DNA of 64,000 bases from Alphaproteobacteria bacterium (GTDB taxonomy: Bacteria > Pseudomonadota > Alphaproteobacteria > Rhizobiales > TMED25): the NCBI GenBank assembly GCA_045565315.1, contig JBJLFO010000001.1, positions 209,542 to 273,541 on the forward strand, written 5' to 3'. A model generated the notes under the pieces. It made no database searches. It saw only the letters and a list, made by a program, of their open reading frames with translations, and was not told the origin of the DNA. Of this stretch, positions 44,590 through 52,810 are shown in pieces (within the stretch, counting starts at the first letter, position 1; each line of letters begins with the position of its first letter). The position numbers were made by a program, and so were the translations under genes.

Positions 44590-45807
44590 TCAAATCTTCT
44601 TCTTTAGTAGCAATAATAATGCTATCAAGGATGTTATACCCAAAAGAGATGAGATTACTAGTATATTTCTTATACCAATCAAATCACCAAAAATTCCCAT
44701 TAGGATAGCACTTATTGCTGCTAAGCCAATAACTAAAACAACCCATAAACTCATCACCCTACCTCTGTATGAGTCATTTAATTCAAGCTGAACAACCGCT
44801 TGTAGATCAATCCCATTGACAGTCATACTGTAGCCGATGATAAAAATTGAAGATAAAGCAATTAACCAACTATTAGATATTGCTAAGATTATTATGGCGA
44901 CCAAGCCCATAAAAGATGAAAAATAAACTCTCAGGGGAATACCCTTTTCTTGATCCTTAGATCTTCTCATAGCAATAAATATAGCAGCAACCAGTGCTCC
45001 AGCTCCAGCCGTTGCCATCATTTGACCTAATCCTCCAGCACCAACTTCAAATACTCCACCTGCTATCGCTGGGAATATTTCAACAGTCCCCCGTGCAAAA
45101 AAAGAGAATACAGCGGTAATTGCACAAGCCTCAAATATAACTGTATGGTTCAAAACAAACCTAACTCCATCAAGAAATTCAGAGAAGAGATTTTTCTTTT
45201 TTTGGTTAGAGGCATCTCTATCTTTTACTGTTATAATATAGAGTGTTAATGGCATGATAATTAGAAATAGAAAATTAATAAAGATTGTTGCTTTAAATCC
45301 AATAACCTTGATGAGAATACCTGCTAATGCAGGCCCCATTAATCTAGCCGAATTAAAATTAATTCCGTGAACAGCTATTGCATTAGCAAGCGTATCTCTA
45401 TCAACAATTCTTGGAACTAATGACATCCTGGTAGCTCTATCGGCACTTGTGAATACGCCAATATTAAGTGCTATCGCAGATAAATTGTAAATATTTAAAT
45501 AACCAAAAAAATAGAGGAACCATAGTATAAAAACTGTAATGGAAATAATTGATTGAGTATATATAGCAAATTTTTTGATATCAATTCTATCAATAATAAC
45601 ACCAAAAATTGGTCCAGCAATTATGGTGGGTGCAAATAAAAGAAATGATAGAAATCCAACCCATGAAGCCAAATTAGTTAGTTCCCAGCCAAGCCAACCT
45701 ATTATTACTCGATTTATCCAGATACCATTCATGGCAAAAAAATTACCAGCAGTATACTTTTGAAAGTCTTTACTAATCAAAGAGGGAAATTTTAGTGACA
45801 AAACCAT
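44590..45807 (-). CDS. MFS transporter (MFS_3 / EntS-like)
   Basis: Track ORF of ~12 TM helices with an N-terminal region typical of the PF05977-type MFS. Confidence 0.7.
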   Translation of the reverse strand: MVLSLKFPSLISKDFQKYTAGNFFAMNGIWINRVIIGWLGWELTNLASWVGFLSFLLFAPTIIAGPIFGVIIDRIDIKKFAIYTQSIISITVFILWFLYFFGYLNIYNLSAIALNIGVFTSADRATRMSLVPRIVDRDTLANAIAVHGINFNSARLMGPALAGILIKVIGFKATIFINFLFLIIMPLTLYIITVKDRDASNQKKKNLFSEFLDGVRFVLNHTVIFEACAITAVFSFFARGTVEIFPAIAGGVFEVGAGGLGQMMATAGAGALVAAIFIAMRRSKDQEKGIPLRVYFSSFMGLVAIIILAISNSWLIALSSIFIIGYSMTVNGIDLQAVVQLELNDSYRGRVMSLWVVLVIGLAAISAILMGIFGDLIGIRNILVISSLLGITSLIALLLLLKKKI

Positions 45808-45957
45808 TTATTTATGACTTAATTTAATATAGTGAATAGGCTAAACTTGAATGTTCGATTTTTGTATTTCAAATGTGTATTATTTATCCTATAAATTATA
45901 TCGAGTAAATTAATAATTGAATTTCATAACTAAAAATCAAATAATGGAGGATATAGA

Positions 45958-47169
45958 ATGCGTACACCAAGATTAAATAGAGATGGACACCAATGGATTT
46001 ATGATTGGATAGTGAAGGAAACCGGTCGCGTATTTCATTGGGATGAAGAAGGTAGAGAACTTCCAGCTTCAGTAAAAAGTCATGGACAAATTTCAAAGCA
46101 TTTAGGTAAGCAGGCACAGAGACTAGAAAAGGTTGCTCTGGAAGAAGAGCAGGCCGGTCATAAGTCAACTGCATTTGACCTATACTACAGGGCTTCTGCA
46201 AAGTTTGCAGCAGCTCAGCATCCAGTTCTAGAGACTAATGATGAAAAAATATACCTTCATGGCAGATGTATTGCCAATTTTGAAAAAGTTATTGAACTTG
46301 CCCCATACACCATTGAGAGAGTTGAAATACCTTTTGAAGATATGCAATTACAATGTAACTTTTTCTTATGCCCCGGTGTTGACGTTGCGCCAACTATGAT
46401 TTTCATACCAGGCTGTGATATGACTAAAGAAATGTGGCCAGATCCAAAAGTTGTTGAAGCTCATGCAAGAGGGATGCACCTTCTCGTGATTGATGGACCT
46501 GGGCAGGGTATGAGTAATATACGTAATCAGAAATTAACTCACGGGAATTATGAAAGAGCAGTCTTAAAGATTGTAGATTGGCTCGAAACAAGACCTGAAG
46601 TAGATAAAGATAAAATTGGAATCTTTGCAGTATCCATGGGTTCTCATTGGGGTTTAGAAGTAGCGGCCTCCGGTGATCCAAGGATAAAAGGTGTTGTTGG
46701 ACCTTGGGCATCATATCTTGATAAATATTATATTCTGGATACTTTTTCGCCAAGATATAAACAACTATTTGGATATCTTACAGGAGCAAGTAGTGAAGAA
46801 GAACTAGATAAGATTGTAGCTCAAATGACAGTCGAAGGTAGAGAAAAAGATATTAAATGTCCAATACTACTAACAGTCGGCGAATACGACTCAAGAAGCC
46901 CAGTTGAACTTGTATATAATTTCTATGATAAAGTAACTGCACCAAAAGAGCTTTGGGTTTATGAGGATACATATCACCAAGCCGTTATGTTTAAAGGTAC
47001 CGGACAAGATAGGCATGATTGCCATATGATGTGCATGGATTGGCTAGTTGATGTCTTTAATGGTAAGATTACAGCAGGTCATAATAAAAAAATGTATCTT
47101 CGTACAAATGGAAGTGGGCCAAATGCCAAGCAAGGCGAAAATAAAGACGCACGTAATTGGTGGGAGTAA
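45958..47169 (+). CDS. Alpha/beta hydrolase with an N-terminal helical domain (C-C hydrolase/FrsA-like)
   Basis: Track ORF. Nucleophile motif A-V-S-M-G-S. GGAGGA RBS upstream. Subfamily assignment is tentative. Confidence 0.6.
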   Translation: MRTPRLNRDGHQWIYDWIVKETGRVFHWDEEGRELPASVKSHGQISKHLGKQAQRLEKVALEEEQAGHKSTAFDLYYRASAKFAAAQHPVLETNDEKIYLHGRCIANFEKVIELAPYTIERVEIPFEDMQLQCNFFLCPGVDVAPTMIFIPGCDMTKEMWPDPKVVEAHARGMHLLVIDGPGQGMSNIRNQKLTHGNYERAVLKIVDWLETRPEVDKDKIGIFAVSMGSHWGLEVAASGDPRIKGVVGPWASYLDKYYILDTFSPRYKQLFGYLTGASSEEELDKIVAQMTVEGREKDIKCPILLTVGEYDSRSPVELVYNFYDKVTAPKELWVYEDTYHQAVMFKGTGQDRHDCHMMCMDWLVDVFNGKITAGHNKKMYLRTNGSGPNAKQGENKDARNWWE

Positions 47170-47175
47170 TTTAAT

Positions 47176-47220
47176 ACATACCCGAATGCTTCTTATTTCG
47201 TTCGGGTATGTGAATTTTTA
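47176..47220 (+). terminator. Rho-independent terminator
   Basis: ACATACCCGAA-N14-TTCGGGTATGT, an 11-bp stem, followed by GAATTTTTA. Begins 7 nt after the stop of 45958..47169. Confidence 0.75.
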
Positions 47221-47252
47221 TAATAGCTAAATCTTTAGAAGAGAATGAAAAA

Positions 47253-48338
47253 ATGAAGCAACACGATATTGAAATGAGGCCTTATGGTCCAACCGCTGGT
47301 CGAGAACATGTAAACGGTGTATCAAATCGTCCAAAAACACTAACAGTAGACTTGCATAATCATGTAAGAACCCCAGATGCGGATATTCTTGTGAAACCTC
47401 ATCTTCCAAAAGATTTTCATCCATCTGTTGGTGTTGCAAGTGAATTAACTATGAATACTAATAAAAAACAATCTGAAGACCGTGAAATACCATTTACAGA
47501 TATTGATATAAGATTAGCTCAAATGGATAAATCACTCTTAGATGTATCTGCTCTGTCGTGTTCACCTCAACAATTTTTTTATATGGTAGATAAAAATTTA
47601 TGTGCTGAGTCTGCTGAGATTATTAATAATAATATTGCTAATACTGTTAAAACAAATCCAAAGAGATTAACTGGATTGGGAACTGTGCCACTACAAAATA
47701 CAGATCTTGCAATTAAAGAGCTCGAAAGATGTTTCAAACTTGGTTTCAAAGGTATTCAAATCGGAGCCAGAGTTGGAAATGAAGAATTATCAGCCCCTCG
47801 TTTGGAACCATTCTGGAAAAGGTGTGAAGAACTGGATATATTAATATTTATCCACCCCTCCTCTTTTTACAGTGATCGGTTTGGCGAGCATTATATGCTA
47901 AATGTAATTGGAAATCCGCTTGATACCACGGTTGCAGTTCATTATCTCATTTTTGATGGTGTTATGGCAAGATATCCAAAAATTAAGTTTTATCTATCAC
48001 ATGGTGGAGCTTTCCCAGCAAGTTATGCAGCAAGAATGGATCATGCTTATGGGGCTAGAATAGATGCTAGACAGAAAATATATGAAAAGCCAACAACATA
48101 TTTAAAACAATTCTATTTTGATACACTCGTATTTGCTGTTGACCAACTCGAGTTCCTTATTAAAAAATACGGCGCTGATCACGTTGCAATTGGAACTGAC
48201 TACCCAGCAGATATGGCAGAACATGATCCCGTTGAGCATGTATATCAAGTTGAGAGTATCACTGAAGAAGATAGAGAAAAAATTTGTGGACTTAATGCAT
48301 TAAAACTACTCAATCTATCTGAATCAGACTTTAAATAA
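47253..48338 (+). CDS. Amidohydrolase-2 family enzyme (ACMSD/LigW-like decarboxylase or hydratase)
   Basis: Track ORF with family metal ligands: DLHNHV (HxH), IHPS, SHGGA, GTDYP. Confidence 0.75.
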   Translation: MKQHDIEMRPYGPTAGREHVNGVSNRPKTLTVDLHNHVRTPDADILVKPHLPKDFHPSVGVASELTMNTNKKQSEDREIPFTDIDIRLAQMDKSLLDVSALSCSPQQFFYMVDKNLCAESAEIINNNIANTVKTNPKRLTGLGTVPLQNTDLAIKELERCFKLGFKGIQIGARVGNEELSAPRLEPFWKRCEELDILIFIHPSSFYSDRFGEHYMLNVIGNPLDTTVAVHYLIFDGVMARYPKIKFYLSHGGAFPASYAARMDHAYGARIDARQKIYEKPTTYLKQFYFDTLVFAVDQLEFLIKKYGADHVAIGTDYPADMAEHDPVEHVYQVESITEEDREKICGLNALKLLNLSESDFK

Positions 48339-48379
48339 TTAATTTAAATCTAAGGAATAATATTTCAGAAATAAATATC

Positions 48380-49579
48380 ATGCTAAAAAAAATAAAAGAC
48401 TCAAAATTTACATCATTAACAAATGACATTGCTAATAATAGAGCTCTGTCCGTTATTCCAGAATTAAGGCAACTTAAAGCCTTTAATAAAGGAACTTCTA
48501 TATCCCAAGATATTGTCGATTTGATTCATAAAGAAGGTCTTTTTAGATACTTCCAACCAAAAAAATGGGGAGGTATGGAGTTAGATTTTCAAGCTTGGTT
48601 GGATATCCCAGAGATAATTTCAAGGGGTGACTGCTCAACAGGTTGGATTGTAGCTAATATGGCATCACATCATAGAACACTTGCTGTGTTTGATCCAGAA
48701 ATTCAAGAAGAGATATGGTCGAAAAATCCAGATATGCTGATTGCTGCTGGAAATATCTATCAGCAAGGTCAGGCAAGAAAAGTACCTAATGGAATAATGC
48801 TATCAGGTTTATGGAACTTCTGCTCAGGCATTGAGATATCAGACTGGTCCTTCTTTGCTTTTATGCTTGATGAAAATGGTAAAAAAGACTGGTGCCAATG
48901 TGTTCTTCATAAAGATGACTATGAAGTACTGAATGACTGGGATACTTATGGTATGAAGCAGACTGGAAGTTGTTCAGTAAAGATTGAAGAACTTTTTGTT
49001 CCTGACTATAAAATTCAGTCATTCTCGGTCAATCGTGAAGGGCATTTTTTCAAGGGTATAAAAGAAAACAAAAATCTTATGTATCAGATACCCACAGCAT
49101 CAATTGGTGGGCACGGGTTAGCTGGATGCTCTATTGGGGGCGCACAATTATGCCTTGATTTATTGTTTGATTGGATTGAGAGTAGATCAACCAGCACTTC
49201 AAATATAAAAATGTCAGATATACCCTCAATACATAATAGACTTGGTGAAATTTCATCTAGAATTGACGCTGCAAGGCTAATATTAAGAAGCGATTGTATT
49301 GAGGTAGAAAATCTAATGAATCTTGATAATGAAATATCTACGCAAAATAAACTAAAATATAAAAGAAATGCTGCTTACTCAGTTCAAATAGTGCTAGAAG
49401 CAATTTCTATTATGCAGCAAGTATCTGGTGCTAATGGAATATATAACTCATCGCCCATTACCAAAGCTTTGATGGATGTACAAGCTTGCTCAACTCATAT
49501 TCACTTTAATCAAGATATGCAATTTTCACAATGGGGGAAAAATCGATTAAAAAATGATTTTCAAAGTCCAACATTATAA
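48380..49579 (+). CDS. Acyl-CoA-dehydrogenase-fold flavin-dependent monooxygenase (HsaA/HpaB-C2-like, oxygenase component)
   Basis: Track ORF. ...GLFRYFQPKKWGGMELDF...DCSTGWIVANMASH...LSGLWNFCSGI matches the group-D two-component oxygenase pattern. Confidence 0.65.
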   Translation: MLKKIKDSKFTSLTNDIANNRALSVIPELRQLKAFNKGTSISQDIVDLIHKEGLFRYFQPKKWGGMELDFQAWLDIPEIISRGDCSTGWIVANMASHHRTLAVFDPEIQEEIWSKNPDMLIAAGNIYQQGQARKVPNGIMLSGLWNFCSGIEISDWSFFAFMLDENGKKDWCQCVLHKDDYEVLNDWDTYGMKQTGSCSVKIEELFVPDYKIQSFSVNREGHFFKGIKENKNLMYQIPTASIGGHGLAGCSIGGAQLCLDLLFDWIESRSTSTSNIKMSDIPSIHNRLGEISSRIDAARLILRSDCIEVENLMNLDNEISTQNKLKYKRNAAYSVQIVLEAISIMQQVSGANGIYNSSPITKALMDVQACSTHIHFNQDMQFSQWGKNRLKNDFQSPTL

Positions 49580-49587
49580 GGAAAAAA

Positions 49588-50754
49588 TTGATGCAAATTC
49601 CTTTCAACATAGATAAACTTGATAGATTACTTGACGCTGAAGGAATTGATTTTTTACTTATCAATGATAAGAATACAGCTCAATATTTACTAGGTGGATA
49701 TAAATTTTTTTTCTTTGCTCAAAAAGATGCAATTGGTATTAGTAGATACCTTCCTACACTTGGATATCCGAAATTTAAGCCAGAAGATGCATTTTATATT
49801 GGACATATGCTTGAGTCTCAGCAGCAAGAAGTAGAACCACTTTGGATAAATAATATTCAAAATATTCAATGGAACACAAAACAAGCTGGCGAAGAGGCTG
49901 CAAAAAAGATTAAAAAACTTGGGTATTCAGATAAAAAGATTGGAATAGAATTTTGTAATACGCCGACAGATACTTATATGGCGCTTAAAGAAAATTTACC
50001 AGATGCAGAATTTGTTGATGTCCTAGTCTTAATGCAAGAGCTACGAGCGGTAAAAACAGAATTTGAATTAAATCTTTTAAGAAATAGTTCTAATTTTATA
50101 ACAACTTCAATGGAAAAAGTTATGAAAGGAACTAAGCCTGGTACTGATACTAAATCTATTGCACAAGCGCTAAAAGAGGAAGAAACAAATTTTGGTATGA
50201 ATTTTGAATATTGCCTTGTTGCAGCTGGAAATTCTTATAATAGGACGCCATCTGATAAATTATTTTGGAATAAAGGAGATATCCTATCGCTGGACTCTGG
50301 TGCAAATATTGATGGGTATTTGGGTGACTTATGCAGAATGGCTGTCATTGGTGAGCCAACAGATACAATGATTGATTTACTATCGCAGGTAAGATCCATT
50401 AATGATGCACCAAGAAAAGTAATACATCAAGGTATCACAGGGCAAGATTTACTAGAAGAGGCCTATAAAGAAATTAGCTGTTGTGATAAAAATTTAGATT
50501 TTAAATTTGTTGCGCATGGTATGGGAATGATACAACATGAAGCACCCCATATATATGATAAGGGTATAATCCCCTACCCTGCTCCATACAAAGATAAGGC
50601 TTTAGAGTCAGGAATGGTTCTATCAATAGAAACCGACCTCAAGTACGATGGTATTGGGTTTATTAAACTTGAGGATACAGTAATTGTTACTGAAAACGGA
50701 TTTGAAGCATTTGGTGATAATATCAGAGATTGGGTTTCCAACGAAAATGCTTAA
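49588..50754 (+). CDS. M24-family metallohydrolase (creatinase/prolidase fold), copy 2
   Basis: Track ORF. Putative ligands LDSG, GDLCR, AHGMGMIQHE, SIETD, KLEDT. Distant paralogue of 36575..37816. Confidence 0.7.
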   Translation: MMQIPFNIDKLDRLLDAEGIDFLLINDKNTAQYLLGGYKFFFFAQKDAIGISRYLPTLGYPKFKPEDAFYIGHMLESQQQEVEPLWINNIQNIQWNTKQAGEEAAKKIKKLGYSDKKIGIEFCNTPTDTYMALKENLPDAEFVDVLVLMQELRAVKTEFELNLLRNSSNFITTSMEKVMKGTKPGTDTKSIAQALKEEETNFGMNFEYCLVAAGNSYNRTPSDKLFWNKGDILSLDSGANIDGYLGDLCRMAVIGEPTDTMIDLLSQVRSINDAPRKVIHQGITGQDLLEEAYKEISCCDKNLDFKFVAHGMGMIQHEAPHIYDKGIIPYPAPYKDKALESGMVLSIETDLKYDGIGFIKLEDTVIVTENGFEAFGDNIRDWVSNENA

Positions 50755-50844
50755 CCCCATAAGATTGGCTAAATTTCAATAGCAAATAACTATCCATCTA
50801 TTTTTTAGTAATTTGTACTACTTATATATATTTTTTAATTGCTA

Positions 50845-50873
50845 TTGCAAATCATTCTCATTTGCATTATAAT
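50845..50873 (+). promoter_or_regulatory. Sigma-70-type promoter with an embedded palindromic operator upstream of the metal ABC operon
   Basis: TTGCAA (50845-50850), a 17-nt spacer, then TATAAT (50868-50873). The spacer is occupied by the perfect inverted repeat TGCAAAT-N7-ATTTGCA (50846-50852 / 50860-50866). Confidence 0.6.
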
Positions 50874-51007
50874 GTTTTGATACATCATTAGCTTAAATGA
50901 TAGTGCGTGAATATAGACAATATTAAAATATTTCCAGAATGATTAATAGAGATACTAAAAGCTAATTTAAACTTATAAAAATTAATAAAAAGAATGTACC
51001 TTTATAA

Positions 51008-51973
51008 ATGACTATCCTAAAAATTACAAAAACTTTACTAATAGCTTTTTGTGTATTCAATTTTAGCTTTTTTTCAATTGTGAACAATTCGGAAGCAAAT
51101 GATAAAGTTGCTGTTGTGGCAACCACGGGTATGATCGCAGACGCAGTATCGAATGTTGGAGGCGATTTGGTAGAACTAAAGGTTCTAATGGGAGCTGGTA
51201 TAGACCCACATGCCTATCGTCAGACTCGTACTGATATTATAGCAATGGCAAATGCTGACTTGGTTTTATGGAATGGTCTCTACCTTGAAGCACAGATGGA
51301 AGAATTTCTACTTGAGCTTGGTCTAGATAATAATGTAGTAGCCGTCGCAGAAAAGATTCCAGGAAACTTACTAATTGGCTCAGAGGATTATGAAGGACGT
51401 TATGACCCACATCTCTGGATGAACCCTAATTTATGGTCACGTGTTGTGCTTAATGTTCGTGACGCATTGATAAATGTGAATCCATCAGCTGCAGACGAGT
51501 TCAGAGCTAATACTAATAACTATCTAGATAAAGTAAGTGAACTTGTAAGATATGCAAATAAAGTTCTTTCATCGGTGCCAGCAGAAAATCGTATTTTGCT
51601 TACTTCTCACGACGCCTTTAATTACTTTGGTAATGCATATGGTTTTGAAGTAATTGGAATTCAGGGGATATCTACCGAATCTGAGGCTGGACTTCAGCGT
51701 ATTTCAATACTAGTGGATATGCTAATAGAACGCAATGTGAAGGCTGTTTTTATTGAAACTTCAGTGAGCGATCGTAATATTCGTGCACTAGTTGAAGGTG
51801 CCCAAGCTGCCGGTCACGAGGTGATTATAGGAGGAGAACTCTTCTCTGACGCAATGGGTGAACCTAATACTTATAAGGGTACCTATATTGGGATGATTGA
51901 CTCAAACGCTACCTCTATTTCCCGTGCTCTTGGCGGTAATGCACCGGAAAAAGGAATGCTAAATAATCTCTAG
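51008..51973 (+). CDS. Periplasmic metal-binding protein, cluster A-I (TroA/ZnuA/MntC/SitA family)
   Basis: Track ORF with an N-terminal signal peptide. Candidate ligands: DPHAY, YDPHLWMNP, TSHDAFNYF, LFSDAMG (His-His-His-Asp). No His-rich loop. Confidence 0.88.
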   Translation: MTILKITKTLLIAFCVFNFSFFSIVNNSEANDKVAVVATTGMIADAVSNVGGDLVELKVLMGAGIDPHAYRQTRTDIIAMANADLVLWNGLYLEAQMEEFLLELGLDNNVVAVAEKIPGNLLIGSEDYEGRYDPHLWMNPNLWSRVVLNVRDALINVNPSAADEFRANTNNYLDKVSELVRYANKVLSSVPAENRILLTSHDAFNYFGNAYGFEVIGIQGISTESEAGLQRISILVDMLIERNVKAVFIETSVSDRNIRALVEGAQAAGHEVIIGGELFSDAMGEPNTYKGTYIGMIDSNATSISRALGGNAPEKGMLNNL

Positions 51974-52072
51974 TGATTGTGAATATGTATTCATCTAATA
52001 AACAAATATTTTAAGAGGGTAATACAAATTTCTATACTAAAAAAAAATACCATAATAAAGTCAGCTCTCACT

Positions 52073-52810
52073 TTGTGTGACTTAAATATTTCCTATGGAA
52101 AAAAACCTGCTGTAACATCTGTGGATGCTGAGTTTCCAATAGAATCTATGTCAGCAATTATTGGACCAAATGGAGCTGGAAAATCTTCAATACTTAAAGC
52201 TGTTATTGGTGTTGTTCCAAAACTGTCAGGTAGTATATTAGTTTTTGGACAGCCAATTGAAAAAATCCGTGAAAAAATTGCATATGTTCCCCAGCGTGTC
52301 AGTGTTGACTGGGATTTTCCAACTAATGTAATCGATGTCGTAAAGATGGGCCTCTACCGTGAGGTTGGTCTTCTAGGGAGATTCTCTTCCCAGCTTTCTG
52401 TGTATGCAAAGGAGTGTCTTGATCGTGTTGGAATGGCAGATTTTTCAAAGAGACAAATAGGGCAACTATCCGGTGGGCAACAGCAGAGAGTATTTCTCGC
52501 TCGCGCATTGGCACAAAATGCAGATCTTTATCTTTTAGACGAACCCTTCGCAGGTGTTGATGCTGCAACAGAACGAGCGATTATTGACGTACTTAAACTT
52601 CTAAAATCTCAGGGTAAATCTGTTATTGCTGTCCATCATGATTTATCCACTGTCAGTGATTACTTTGACTACGTTTTTATGATCAATATTCAAGGTATAG
52701 CGCAGGGGAAAACCGAAGATACATTTATTAAAAATTTACAAGAAACCTATGGGGGAAGGCTATCTGCTAGTTACCTTAGTGAATTATCTAAATCTAAAGG
52801 TTCCCAATGA
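52073..52810 (+). CDS. Metal ABC transporter ATP-binding protein (ZnuC/MntA/TroB type)
   Basis: Track ORF. GPNGAGKSS Walker [23 protein letters not shown] is the only canonical start in the frame, which opens after a TGA at 51980-51982. Confidence 0.88.
   Translation: MCDLNISYGKKPAVTSVDAEFPIESMSAIIGPNGAGKSSILKAVIGVVPKLSGSILVFGQPIEKIREKIAYVPQRVSVDWDFPTNVIDVVKMGLYREVGLLGRFSSQLSVYAKECLDRVGMADFSKRQIGQLSGGQQQRVFLARALAQNADLYLLDEPFAGVDAATERAIIDVLKLLKSQGKSVIAVHHDLSTVSDYFDYVFMINIQGIAQGKTEDTFIKNLQETYGGRLSASYLSELSKSKGSQ

Noticed and set aside
45896-46201. 101-aa minus-strand ORF overlapping the start of the 45958..47169 hydrolase; similar cases at 40613..40816 and 47227..47439
   Set aside because: They overlap better-supported genes on the opposite strand, and their translations show no recognisable features.
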